From contig CADBCZ010000009.1 of assembly GCA_902793335.1 (NCBI GenBank), positions 1,723-65,722 on the forward strand: a stretch of DNA of 64,000 bases. Direction: 5' to 3'. The position numbers and the translations under genes are program-made. The notes under the pieces are model-generated. The model was given only the letters and a program-made list of their open reading frames with translations, was not told where the DNA came from and did not search any database. The number at the start of each line of letters is the position of its first letter. Position 1 is the stretch's first letter. Of this stretch, positions 47,050-55,597 are shown one piece after another. The stretch comes from an uncultured Lachnospiraceae bacterium (lineage in GTDB: Bacteria; Bacillota; Clostridia; Lachnospirales; Lachnospiraceae).

Positions 47050-47811
47050 TTATAATCTTACTGAAACATCTCTATCTCTAAGATATTTCTTAAGATCCAT
47101 TATTTCCAATTCTTTATAATGAAACAATGATGCTGCTAAAGCTGCATCCGCTTTACCCTCTGTCAAAGCGTCATAGAAATGCTCCTTATTTCCGGCACCA
47201 CCTGACGCTATCACCGGTACAGATACCGCTTCACTTATGGCTTTGGTCAGTTCTATATCATAGCCTGTTTTCATTCCATCACAATCCATACTTGTAAGAA
47301 GTATTTCACCCGCACCAAGTTCACATGCTTTAGCCGCCCATTCAACGGCATCCAGGCCAACATCTATGCGTCCACCATTTTTGTAAACATTCCATCCTGA
47401 ATTATCCGCTCTCTTTTTGGCATCAATTGCAACAACAACACACTGACTGCCAAATTTATAAGCAGCTTCACTAATAAGCTCCGGATTATTAATTGCTGAT
47501 GAATTAATGGATATTTTATCAGCACCCTCACGCAAAATAGCTTTAAAATCATCTACCGTTCTAATTCCTCCACCGACAGTAAAAGGAATAAATACCGTCT
47601 CTGCAACTCTTCTTACCATATCAATGACAATATTTCTTGCATCAGACGATGCTGTGATATCCAGAAATACCAATTCATCAGCACCTGCTTTATCATATGC
47701 CTTGGCTATTTCCACAGGATCACCGGCATCACGCAGATTAACAAAATTAATCCCTTTAACAACCCTGCCTCCCGTAACATCAAGACATGGTATAATTCTT
47801 TTAGTGTGCAT
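47050..47811 (-). CDS. hisF: Imidazole glycerol phosphate synthase, cyclase subunit HisF
   Basis: [34 protein letters not shown].. together with [17 protein letters not shown] and IASGGAG motifs. ATG 47811 follows AAGGAGA, and the track extension starts at a TTG inside hisH. Confidence 0.93.
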   Translation of the reverse strand: MHTKRIIPCLDVTGGRVVKGINFVNLRDAGDPVEIAKAYDKAGADELVFLDITASSDARNIVIDMVRRVAETVFIPFTVGGGIRTVDDFKAILREGADKISINSSAINNPELISEAAYKFGSQCVVVAIDAKKRADNSGWNVYKNGGRIDVGLDAVEWAAKACELGAGEILLTSMDCDGMKTGYDIELTKAISEAVSVPVIASGGAGNKEHFYDALTEGKADAALAASLFHYKELEIMDLKKYLRDRDVSVRL

Positions 47812-47812
47812 C

Positions 47813-48442
47813 TTATTTCTCCTTTTCGCCAAAACCTTGAATATTAACAAAATTACGAAGAATGCCAAGTCCTACCGAACTACTCTTCTCAGGATGGAAC
47901 TGACATGCAAAAATATTATCTTTCTCTATTCCCGCATGTATTCTCACAGAATAATCCGTTGTTGCAGCAACTTCTTCCTCATTATCTGCCTTTAGATAAT
48001 ATGAATGTACAAAATATACATATGGATTATCAGGTATTCCTTTATACAAGGAAGAACCTTTTCTAATATCCAATGAATTCCATCCCATATGTGGAATTTT
48101 TAAATCGGGTGAATCAGGTATTTTTAATATCTTGCCCTTAAGAATTCCAAGTCCGGATACTCCGGGTGATTCTTCACTGGACTCAAATAACAATTGAAGA
48201 CCAAGACAAATTCCAAGAAATGGTATTTTCTTGTCTACAACATCATAGATGGTGTTGCATAATCCAAATTCATTAAGTCTGTTCATGGCATCGCCAAAGC
48301 TTCCAACACCAGGTAGTATAACATGGTCACTTGATAATATTTCATCCTTATCTCTTGTTATAACAACCTCTTGTCCTAAAGATTGTAATGCCTTCTCTAC
48401 ACTTTTGATGTTACCCGCATCATAGTCAATTATTGATACCAT
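47813..48442 (-). CDS. hisH: Imidazole glycerol phosphate synthase, glutaminase subunit HisH
   Basis: 209 aa with [15 protein letters not shown], the catalytic GICLGLQLL motif and a C-terminal QFHPEKS. Its stop lies 1 nt before the hisF ATG. Confidence 0.93.
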   Translation of the reverse strand: MVSIIDYDAGNIKSVEKALQSLGQEVVITRDKDEILSSDHVILPGVGSFGDAMNRLNEFGLCNTIYDVVDKKIPFLGICLGLQLLFESSEESPGVSGLGILKGKILKIPDSPDLKIPHMGWNSLDIRKGSSLYKGIPDNPYVYFVHSYYLKADNEEEVAATTDYSVRIHAGIEKDNIFACQFHPEKSSSVGLGILRNFVNIQGFGEKEK

Positions 48443-48472
48443 ATAATCAATACCTCAAATCTTTTAATCTAG

Positions 48473-50263
48473 TTATTCTTCTTGAGAATCAGTGTATTCT
48501 CTAATTGTTTTCATATACTCATAATCATCTAATTCATTAATCTCCATAGCTCTGTTAAGGTCTATGCCATAATTAATCTCTAAAGCATTCTTGATCTGAG
48601 CAAATGAAAAATCAAGATCACTCACAATATCAAGCTCTTGTGCATCATCATAATACTCATAGTACTTACTTACTCCGCGCAAAAGTGAATCCAACGCCTT
48701 CTTATTTCTACCAAGCTCAATATTATTCTCATAGGATTCATATAAACGTTCAACATACATTACAGTGTATATTCTATCTTTTAACGGCTTGTCTTTTTCT
48801 TTGACATCAACACCTTTGATTTCATCATAAGCTTTATGATATTTTTGGTTTGCAAAATAGCTTGCTGCTTGCTGAATTGCAATTTTGTAATTAAAATCTA
48901 TCGATGAAAGATACAGAAAACCTACACCACCAATTAGTATTGAAAAAATGAAAATAACAGCAGGCTTATTAAGCTTCTTTTCCTTTGCAGCCTCTGCAGC
49001 GTCCTCAGCTTTTCTTTTAGCCTTTTTTTCGGCTTTAATACGCTTCTTTTCCTCATTTTTCTGTTTCTTGTCTGCATCTTTTCTACTTTTTTCTTCTTTA
49101 TCCTTGTCAGCCTGTTCCTTCTTTTTTTCTTTATCTGCCTCTTTCTTGGCTTTTTTTGCAGCTTTCTTTTCCTCTTTCGCTCTGATTTCCTCTTCCGTAG
49201 GCTCATCATCTTCATCGGGCTCTCCAAAGAGAATCTCCATTAATGAACGCTTTTTCTTCTTTGGTTTCTCAGAAGATATATCTTCTATATCATCAAGACC
49301 TTCTAAAGCAGACATATCCGGCTCACCGGAATCATTTCCCGCCTCGTTTGCTCCGTCTTTATCCGAACCGCCCTGTCCGTTTCCGCCTTCGTCTTCTTGC
49401 AGGTCAAGCATAGACAACAAATCATCTTCCGCATTCTCACCTGCTCCATCAGGTTGAGCATCATTATCTTCTGATCGTTCACCACCCAAAAGATCATCAA
49501 GTGAATCTGAATCATTTTCGGAACCGTCTTCACCATCTGAAGCAGGTTCATTAGACATCTCAGGTACATCAGCTTCTTCAATCGAATCTTCACTCAACAG
49601 ACTGTCAAGGAACGAATCAGCATCAAAATTATCCTCATTTAGATCACCTAAAGCCTGCGAAGAATCATCTGAAGCAATCTCATCATTTGACGAAACCTCA
49701 TTGGCAGTCCCGTCAATATCTTCGCTGACATCACCCTTTTGCTCTTCTTCCACTCCAACCTGCAATTTTGAATCCATTGTTAACGATTCCACGTCACCTG
49801 AATTATCCTGTGAATCTGATTGTTCATCATTTTGTCGCCCTATATTCTGATCACCATCATCTTCATCGTTTAATGAAGGAATCTCAAGATTGCCCTCAAA
49901 ATCCTTCAAGAGTTCATCAAAATCAGAATCATCAATATCACCACTTAACTTCGTGATATCCAAATCATCAAAATCTATATCTGAAAAATCCAAATCCCCT
50001 ATATCCAAATCCGCAAGGTTATCAAGGTTGTCCAATTCATCAATCTGATCTTCCGAAAAATCCAAATCACTTTCAGGCACACCAAAGCCAGCATCCTGCT
50101 CAAGATCATAATTAAATGCTTCCTCTCTAGATACAGTCTGTTCCTCTTGATATTTGTCTTTTTCACTTTGAATCTGTTCATCAAGCTCATCTTCAATTTT
50201 ATTATCAATCTCTTTATCTAATGAAAACTCATTCAATAGACTGTCAAGATAACTTTCATCCAT
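48473..50263 (-). CDS. 596-aa bitopic membrane protein: ~430-aa D/E-rich disordered N-terminus, lysine block, one TM helix, ~150-aa helical C-terminal domain; function unknown
   Basis: ATG 50263 (MDESYLDSLLNEF) is preceded by GAGGTGG, and the track's upstream ATG lies within that Shine-Dalgarno region. The TM helix is PAVIFIFSILIGGVGFLYLSSI. The preceding KKAAKKAKKEADKEKKKE block suggests an N-in topology. Confidence 0.7.
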   Translation of the reverse strand: MDESYLDSLLNEFSLDKEIDNKIEDELDEQIQSEKDKYQEEQTVSREEAFNYDLEQDAGFGVPESDLDFSEDQIDELDNLDNLADLDIGDLDFSDIDFDDLDITKLSGDIDDSDFDELLKDFEGNLEIPSLNDEDDGDQNIGRQNDEQSDSQDNSGDVESLTMDSKLQVGVEEEQKGDVSEDIDGTANEVSSNDEIASDDSSQALGDLNEDNFDADSFLDSLLSEDSIEEADVPEMSNEPASDGEDGSENDSDSLDDLLGGERSEDNDAQPDGAGENAEDDLLSMLDLQEDEGGNGQGGSDKDGANEAGNDSGEPDMSALEGLDDIEDISSEKPKKKKRSLMEILFGEPDEDDEPTEEEIRAKEEKKAAKKAKKEADKEKKKEQADKDKEEKSRKDADKKQKNEEKKRIKAEKKAKRKAEDAAEAAKEKKLNKPAVIFIFSILIGGVGFLYLSSIDFNYKIAIQQAASYFANQKYHKAYDEIKGVDVKEKDKPLKDRIYTVMYVERLYESYENNIELGRNKKALDSLLRGVSKYYEYYDDAQELDIVSDLDFSFAQIKNALEINYGIDLNRAMEINELDDYEYMKTIREYTDSQEE

Positions 50264-50423
50264 AAAGATACGCCACCTCATACTACTTCATAGTAAACGA
50301 CTATGCTAAGCTCATCAGTCGCCCTGAGGGCTTAGATTCACTAAGCGCCGCTGTATACAGAAAGTTACCCAATCAGCCGTCGCTTTCAGTCTCGGCTTCT
50401 TGGACTTTCATAGTAAAATATCA
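50264..50423 (-). promoter_or_regulatory. Structured ~160-nt 5' leader with mutually exclusive helices (candidate riboswitch or attenuator, class unknown)
   Basis: A GC-richer core sits in AT-rich spacer. Duplicated ACUAUG and GCUUAG segments each compete for a single complementary CAUAGU or CUAAGC. See the finding at 50264-50423. Confidence 0.45.
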
Positions 50424-50429
50424 AAAAGT

Positions 50430-50458
50430 ATTGTATCATACCTTTACAAATTTAACAA
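50430..50458 (-). promoter_or_regulatory. Candidate sigma-A promoter of the acidic membrane protein gene
   Basis: Minus strand reads TTGTTA - 17 nt - TACAAT, with TG one base upstream of the -10. Confidence 0.5.
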
Positions 50459-50493
50459 GAAACATCCTTTGAATGCAGCAAATAATTTTGCTA

Positions 50494-50522
50494 TTGCAAT
50501 TTATTACCATTTATTATATAGT
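50494..50522 (+). promoter_or_regulatory. Candidate sigma-A promoter of the 66-aa ORF
   Basis: TTGCAA - 17 nt - TATAGT, divergent from the promoter above. Confidence 0.45.
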
Positions 50523-50560
50523 ATTTAATATCTGAATGAATCTAAAAGGAGGATATTATT

Positions 50561-50761
50561 ATGAAATCTACTTTATATGTTGAATATCAGGAGAAGCAGT
50601 TAGAAGAAAAAGATTTAATAGCTAAGGCTAAGAAAATATGGACAGACGGCGGCAAGAAGGCTTCAGAGCTTTCTTCATTACAGTTATACGTTAAACCTGA
50701 AGAGAATATGGTTTACTGTGTATTTAATGAAGATACAAAGGGAGAATTCTCTTTAGACTAA
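50561..50761 (+). CDS. Small 66-aa cytoplasmic protein, hypothetical
   Basis: Strong Shine-Dalgarno sequence (AAAGGAGGA, 8 nt upstream), its own promoter and a strong terminator. The sequence begins MKSTLYVEYQEKQLEEKDLIAKAKKIW... Confidence 0.65.
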   Translation: MKSTLYVEYQEKQLEEKDLIAKAKKIWTDGGKKASELSSLQLYVKPEENMVYCVFNEDTKGEFSLD

Positions 50762-50804
50762 TCTAGTTTTATATGCTATGTCGTGATTCCATTCAGATAA
50801 GTAA

Positions 50805-50828
50805 AGGGACTGTCGTTTGACAGTCCCT
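50805..50828. terminator. Bidirectional terminator between the 66-aa ORF and cheV
   Basis: AGGGACTGTC-GTTT-GACAGTCCCT. It is followed by ACTTTCATT on the plus strand and by TTTACTTAT on the minus strand. Confidence 0.75.
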
Positions 50829-50898
50829 ACTTTCATTACTCAATATCGTTTTATCTCATACTGTTATACCGTCTATAATGAATGTACATTACGTATAA

Positions 50899-51828
50899 CT
50901 ATATCTCCTCGTCATCCGGTTTTCTTCCGTTGACGATAAGTTCATCTATGGTCTGAACCAGTTTTCCTATCTCCGGCTTGGTAATCTGAGCATCAGCACC
51001 AAGTTTCTCACCTTTTCTCTTCATCTCATCATTGATAAGGGATGAAAATACGATAATCGGAAGATGCTGCAATGCTTCATCATTACGTATAAGTCTGATA
51101 AGTCTGTGACCATCCATCTGTGGCATCTCAATATCTGTAATTACAACCTTTACTCCATAATCAACACCATTATTCTTCTTAAGTTCAAGAAGTTTGTTCC
51201 ATAATTCCTCACCGTTCGCATAACAATTGAGATTAGTATATCCTGCTGTTGTAAGAGCATCTTTAACAAGTTTGGATAACATCGGAGAATCCTCTGCCAA
51301 GAACAACGGAGAATTGTTACGTTCTCTCTCTCCAAGTTGTGCAACCTCTGACATCTTAAGACTTGTCTCAGGACATATCTCCTCAACAATTCTCTCAAAG
51401 TCAAGAACGATAATAAGATTCTCAAGTTTCTTGATAATACCTGTTGCAATTCCAACACCCGGAGCATTAACAGTATTATCCGGTTTAACAATATCCATCC
51501 ATGAAACACGATGTATACCCAAAACCTGATCAACCTCAAAAGCTATGTTTAGATTATTGAAATTAGTGACAATAAGCATTTCACCCTTCTGTCTATTCAT
51601 TTCTTCAAAACCTAATGCTCTTACAAGATTAATAACAGTTATTATGGTATCTCTTGGCATAAAGATACCTTCAATGCAAGGATGCGAATTAGGAATAGGT
51701 GTAATGTCTGTCATAGATAAAATTTCTCTTACCTTGGCAACATTAATACCATAATGGTTACCACTAATAGTGAATTCCAAGACCTCTAATTCGTTAGTTC
51801 CACTCTCCAATAAGATATTTGTGTCCAT
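50899..51828 (-). CDS. cheV: Chemotaxis coupling protein CheV (CheW domain + receiver domain)
   Basis: 309 aa. It has an N-terminal CheW-like domain (LEVLEFTISGNHYGINVAKVREI) and a C-terminal REC domain (VVITDIEMPQMDGHRLIRLIR..PIIVFSS). Confidence 0.88.
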   Translation of the reverse strand: MDTNILLESGTNELEVLEFTISGNHYGINVAKVREILSMTDITPIPNSHPCIEGIFMPRDTIITVINLVRALGFEEMNRQKGEMLIVTNFNNLNIAFEVDQVLGIHRVSWMDIVKPDNTVNAPGVGIATGIIKKLENLIIVLDFERIVEEICPETSLKMSEVAQLGERERNNSPLFLAEDSPMLSKLVKDALTTAGYTNLNCYANGEELWNKLLELKKNNGVDYGVKVVITDIEMPQMDGHRLIRLIRNDEALQHLPIIVFSSLINDEMKRKGEKLGADAQITKPEIGKLVQTIDELIVNGRKPDDEEI

Positions 51829-51848
51829 AAACCCAGAACCCCCCTTAA

Positions 51849-52643
51849 TTATAATATCGTAATAACATTTTCAGCGTTATTATATTCCACTTTCAGCTCC
51901 ATAGTAGAGAGCTTGTCCTTCATGTCATCAGAAATCTGGAAAATTAAAACCCCTTCCTGACTTTCCTGTGGTGAAACAACCGACTCCATCGTACACAAAT
52001 CATTCAACAAAATAGTAAGCATCGGATTGGCAGCATTCTTACCGTTACAAACAAGTTTGTAATCAACCTCCTCATCCAGCATAGTAAACTTGATAGTATC
52101 ACCTGATACGTTACTAATGTTAAAACGAAGAACCAAAAGCTGATATCCCTTGCTCGCATCCAAATACATTATCTGTTCGCCTGCATCAGAATCCGGATAA
52201 CGGTTAGTCGTGATATAATCCTTAAAGGTAATTGACAAACCTTCCAGTCCCAATATCCTGGCAATATCACTTTCCGTTCCGACTTTCTTTTCATCTTGCG
52301 ACGTTGTATCATCAGCTTCCTGCGAGTCATCTATGTTACTATTAAGCTCATTCCCCTTATTCTGATTGACATCTTCAGTTGTTGCTTCCGTATCAGGTTC
52401 AACGATTTCCGTAGTTGGAGCAGTCTCAGGATTCTCCAACGCTTCTGCCTCCATCTCTTTCTCAATCTTTTCGCCTTCTACAATCCTGTCATCAAAATTA
52501 CGATCATATTTTAACAACAATTCACCTGCATATTCAGCAATAAGTCTGGTTTCTGTATCGGTTAGTTCGATAACATCTCCACAACCAGTTAAAAATACAC
52601 TTATTGATAATAATATGATCAAAGATAATAACTTCTTTGACAT
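51849..52643 (-). CDS. Lipoprotein with an acidic linker and a DUF4352-like C-terminal domain
   Basis: Lipobox LTGC|G, an acidic T/E-rich linker, and a C-terminal ..YQLLVLRFNISNVSGDTIKFTM..GVLIFQI.. beta-sandwich pattern. Confidence 0.7.
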   Translation of the reverse strand: MSKKLLSLIILLSISVFLTGCGDVIELTDTETRLIAEYAGELLLKYDRNFDDRIVEGEKIEKEMEAEALENPETAPTTEIVEPDTEATTEDVNQNKGNELNSNIDDSQEADDTTSQDEKKVGTESDIARILGLEGLSITFKDYITTNRYPDSDAGEQIMYLDASKGYQLLVLRFNISNVSGDTIKFTMLDEEVDYKLVCNGKNAANPMLTILLNDLCTMESVVSPQESQEGVLIFQISDDMKDKLSTMELKVEYNNAENVITIL

Positions 52644-52707
52644 AAGTCTACCTCTATAAAAAAGTAAAATAATGAATAAAATTATCTCTTATATTTTAAC
52701 ACGAAAT

Positions 52708-54222
52708 TCAAGTTTCTTCAACAATTTTGTGCTCTTTTTCAAGTTCAAAATAAAAGACAACTCCATCATCCCTGTTATAAGCGCCATACTCCCTTCCATG
52801 TAATTTCATTGTAGCCGCAACTATAGACAATCCAATTCCACTTCCACCATATTCTCGTGTTCTGGCTTTATCTACTTTATAAAATTTTATCCATATTTTT
52901 TCAAGTTCATCTTCAGGAATATTACTACCTTCATTAAATACATTAATCCGTATCAAATCATCTTTTTCATCTATAAACACTTCAACCTTTCCACCATCAG
53001 GCGCATAGTGAATAGCATTGGTTAGATAATTGGTATATACTTCCTCAATCATAAACTCATCACCCCATACAAAAAGAGGTGTTTTGTGTTCAAAAATCAA
53101 TCTCTGATCATTTTGTTGAAGAAGGATATCTGATGATTGATTAATATTATTGATCAGCTCTATAATATCAAATCTTTCCATCTTAATCTTGTCCACACCA
53201 AACTCTAACTCATTAAGTGCCATAAGTTTCTTGACCATAGAATTCATTTTATCAGCTTCATCCATTATGACCTCACAATAAAAATCCTTGCTTTCAGGGT
53301 CATCAGAGATATTTTCTTTAAGTCCTTCCGCATATCCCTGAATAAGAGCAATAGGAGTTTTGAGTTCATGAGAAACATGCGACAAAAATTCTTTTCTCAT
53401 CTCATCAATCTGATTCTTTTTCTCTATATCTTTTGCCAAACGGACGTTAGCTGTCTTTAATTCTGAAATTGTAGTTTCCAATTCCTTAGACATTGAATTG
53501 ATACTCGCCCCCAGCGCTCCTATTTCATCCTGATGAGAAGTGGTAACTCTTGTATCAAAATCCAATTGAGCCATTTTTTTTGCAGCAACAGCCATCTCTT
53601 TTATCGGTTTAACATAAAAACTGCTGGCAACAAACATTGCAATACAACCGATAATAATAGCAAACACACCCACATAAGTATATAATGCAAGCGTTATCTT
53701 AACATTGTCGTTAAGTCGTGCTCCGGAAGATCGTAGCGCAATCAAGCTACCATCATCCAATACACCTGTAAGATCATAAAAATCTGTATTCATGGTTGTA
53801 TCATAATTCTTGTTAAACTGATAATAACCTTTATTTCCATCAATAAACAATTCATCAAGATCATTTTCGTCTTTTCCCTCAAGCAGCTCAGCAAGAGCCT
53901 GCATGCTTTCAAGCATCTTACTTTTCTCATTGATATTGGTATATTCTGTGCCATCCTTTGCATCAAGAACCAATATGGTAATATCACCTCTGGCCACAAT
54001 CTTTGATAACGCTTCTCTTTTTGAATCGCTATCCATATCATTATTAAAAATAGTATTGACCTCATCAAATGCATTAATCATTCTGTTTTTGAGCTTGCCG
54101 ACAAAATACGTCTTTACACTTAACAACGTTATACCTATAGATCCAAATATGGTTAATGCCATTATTATCATCAATAACATTGTCAGTTTAAACCGAAGTG
54201 AATGTTTTATTCTAAAAGCCAT
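52708..54222 (-). CDS. Sensor histidine kinase (2 TM + HAMP + HisKA + HATPase_c)
   Basis: 504 aa with the H-box SHELKTPIALIQGY, an N-box NYLTNAIHY and a G-box GGSGIGLSIV. Confidence 0.9.
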   Translation of the reverse strand: MAFRIKHSLRFKLTMLLMIIMALTIFGSIGITLLSVKTYFVGKLKNRMINAFDEVNTIFNNDMDSDSKREALSKIVARGDITILVLDAKDGTEYTNINEKSKMLESMQALAELLEGKDENDLDELFIDGNKGYYQFNKNYDTTMNTDFYDLTGVLDDGSLIALRSSGARLNDNVKITLALYTYVGVFAIIIGCIAMFVASSFYVKPIKEMAVAAKKMAQLDFDTRVTTSHQDEIGALGASINSMSKELETTISELKTANVRLAKDIEKKNQIDEMRKEFLSHVSHELKTPIALIQGYAEGLKENISDDPESKDFYCEVIMDEADKMNSMVKKLMALNELEFGVDKIKMERFDIIELINNINQSSDILLQQNDQRLIFEHKTPLFVWGDEFMIEEVYTNYLTNAIHYAPDGGKVEVFIDEKDDLIRINVFNEGSNIPEDELEKIWIKFYKVDKARTREYGGSGIGLSIVAATMKLHGREYGAYNRDDGVVFYFELEKEHKIVEET

Positions 54223-54228
54223 ATTCCA

Positions 54229-54912
54229 CTATTCCTCTTCAACATTAAACTTATACCCCATGCCCCATATTGTCTTGATATAATCACCACACGATCCTAA
54301 TTTACTGCGCAGTTTCTTGACATGAGTATCAATAGTTCTCGCATCTCCAAAATAATCATAATTCCACACATTATTAAGTATCTTTTCTCTCGAAAGTGCC
54401 ACTCCCTGATTGACAACAAAGTAATTTAACAATTCAAATTCTTTATAGCTAAGTTCAATATTTTTACCATTAACCTTAACCGTATGAGCAGATATATCCA
54501 TCTCAATATCTCCTGCTTTAAGCAATTCTTCCGACATTAATCCGTTAGTTCTTCTAAGTATGGCTTCGACTCTCGCAGTAAGAATCTTTGGAGAAAACGG
54601 TTTCGATATATACTCATCCACACCCAATTCAAAGCCCAGAAGCTCATCTCTTTCATCACTCTTTGCGGTAAGCATAATAATAGGAACATCCGATAATTCT
54701 CTAATCTCTTTACACACTTGCCAGCCATCCATTTTCGGCATCATTACATCTAATATTATAAGTGCTATCTCTTTGTCTGAAACAAATTTATCAACGGCAT
54801 CTTCTCCATCCGCAGCCTCTAGAACTATATAATCCTTTCTTACAAGAAAATCTCTGACCAGCTTCCTCATTCTACTCTCATCATCTACAACTAGAATTTT
54901 AACCTGTCCCAT
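54229..54912 (-). CDS. OmpR-family response regulator
   Basis: MGQVKILVVDDE.. with the receiver Asp in LIILDVMMP and a winged-helix C-terminus (TIWGMGYKF). ATG 54912 follows GGAGGTG; the track start is a GTG inside that Shine-Dalgarno sequence. Confidence 0.92.
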   Translation of the reverse strand: MGQVKILVVDDESRMRKLVRDFLVRKDYIVLEAADGEDAVDKFVSDKEIALIILDVMMPKMDGWQVCKEIRELSDVPIIMLTAKSDERDELLGFELGVDEYISKPFSPKILTARVEAILRRTNGLMSEELLKAGDIEMDISAHTVKVNGKNIELSYKEFELLNYFVVNQGVALSREKILNNVWNYDYFGDARTIDTHVKKLRSKLGSCGDYIKTIWGMGYKFNVEEE

Positions 54913-54948
54913 TATCTGCACCTCCACAATTATTGTATCATCATAATA

Positions 54949-54972
54949 GGGGAACAGAATTCCCTGTTCCCC
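54949..54972 (-). terminator. Terminator-like hairpin after the 184-aa gene
   Basis: GGGGAACAG-6 nt-CTGTTCCCC, followed on the minus strand by TATTATGATG. Confidence 0.55.
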
Positions 54973-55005
54973 TTAATATATCACGTAATTATGTTGAAAA
55001 TGTGA

Positions 55006-55560
55006 TTATTCATCGACATTGATATTCAATTCTTTCTCTTTCTGCCTGACAGTTTCTTCTCTATGTCTGAGATCTTCCTCCCACGCAGCATACTTATTAA
55101 GAACCTTTTTTTCGGTATTCACATATCCTACATTAGGATTGATAAATGCAACAACAAACATACCAACAATTATAGCAACAAGAGCTACAACAACTATTGT
55201 CATACGCCTGATAGATAATTTACTGCTTTGCAGTTTCTCTTCAAGAGCTTCCAGCTTAATGTCGGCAAATACATCAGAAGCACCTCTGCTAACAGTAGCA
55301 ATATTAGGTAATCCATCCGATGAATATCCACAATCCTCAATAAGATAATGCCTTAGCTCATACATAAAACCAAATCCTACTGACGTCTTGAACATATTAC
55401 GTTCAATTAGTTTACAATACAATGCATATGCAGCACCCGGATCCGAAAGAGGTGTCCGCTGTCTTATAATATCAATATTCTTTTGTTCTTTTATGGCCAT
55501 CTGTGCCTCAGCTACGCTTGAAAACACAAAACCATCAACAACATGTGAATCATCTTCCAT
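55006..55560 (-). CDS. Hypothetical 184-aa protein with one TM helix
   Basis: A soluble N-terminal ~125 aa, then the TM helix MTIVVVALVAIIVGMFVVAFI, then a charged tail. I recognise no motif. Confidence 0.55.
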   Translation of the reverse strand: MEDDSHVVDGFVFSSVAEAQMAIKEQKNIDIIRQRTPLSDPGAAYALYCKLIERNMFKTSVGFGFMYELRHYLIEDCGYSSDGLPNIATVSRGASDVFADIKLEALEEKLQSSKLSIRRMTIVVVALVAIIVGMFVVAFINPNVGYVNTEKKVLNKYAAWEEDLRHREETVRQKEKELNINVDE

Positions 55561-55597
55561 AACATGATATTCCTATCTTATACATTGTAATAAATAA

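Noticed and set aside
50285-50418. A 10-13-nt direct repeat (TCATAGTAAA on the plus strand) flanks a GC-rich ~110-nt segment and looked like the target-site duplication of a MITE or other small insertion.
   Set aside because: I saw no convincing terminal inverted repeats and no second copy of the element in the window. The repeat is better explained as two alternative pairing partners for the single complementary ACTATG segment. A genome-wide copy search would settle it.
50264-50423. A CUGAUGA heptamer (RNA sense) in the leader, plus GAAA elsewhere, suggested a hammerhead ribozyme.
   Set aside because: I could not place stems I/II/III around the core in any permutation. The sequences flanking CUGAUGA and GAAA are not complementary in the required way, and no NUH cleavage-site context fits.
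54928-55597. A genomic island integrated at the 3' end of ssrA, a common integration hot spot. The flanking genes are uncharacterised.
   Set aside because: There is no integrase next to ssrA, no direct repeat of the tmRNA 3' end elsewhere in the window, and no phage or mobile genes. XerD at 26666 is 29 kb away in a housekeeping context.
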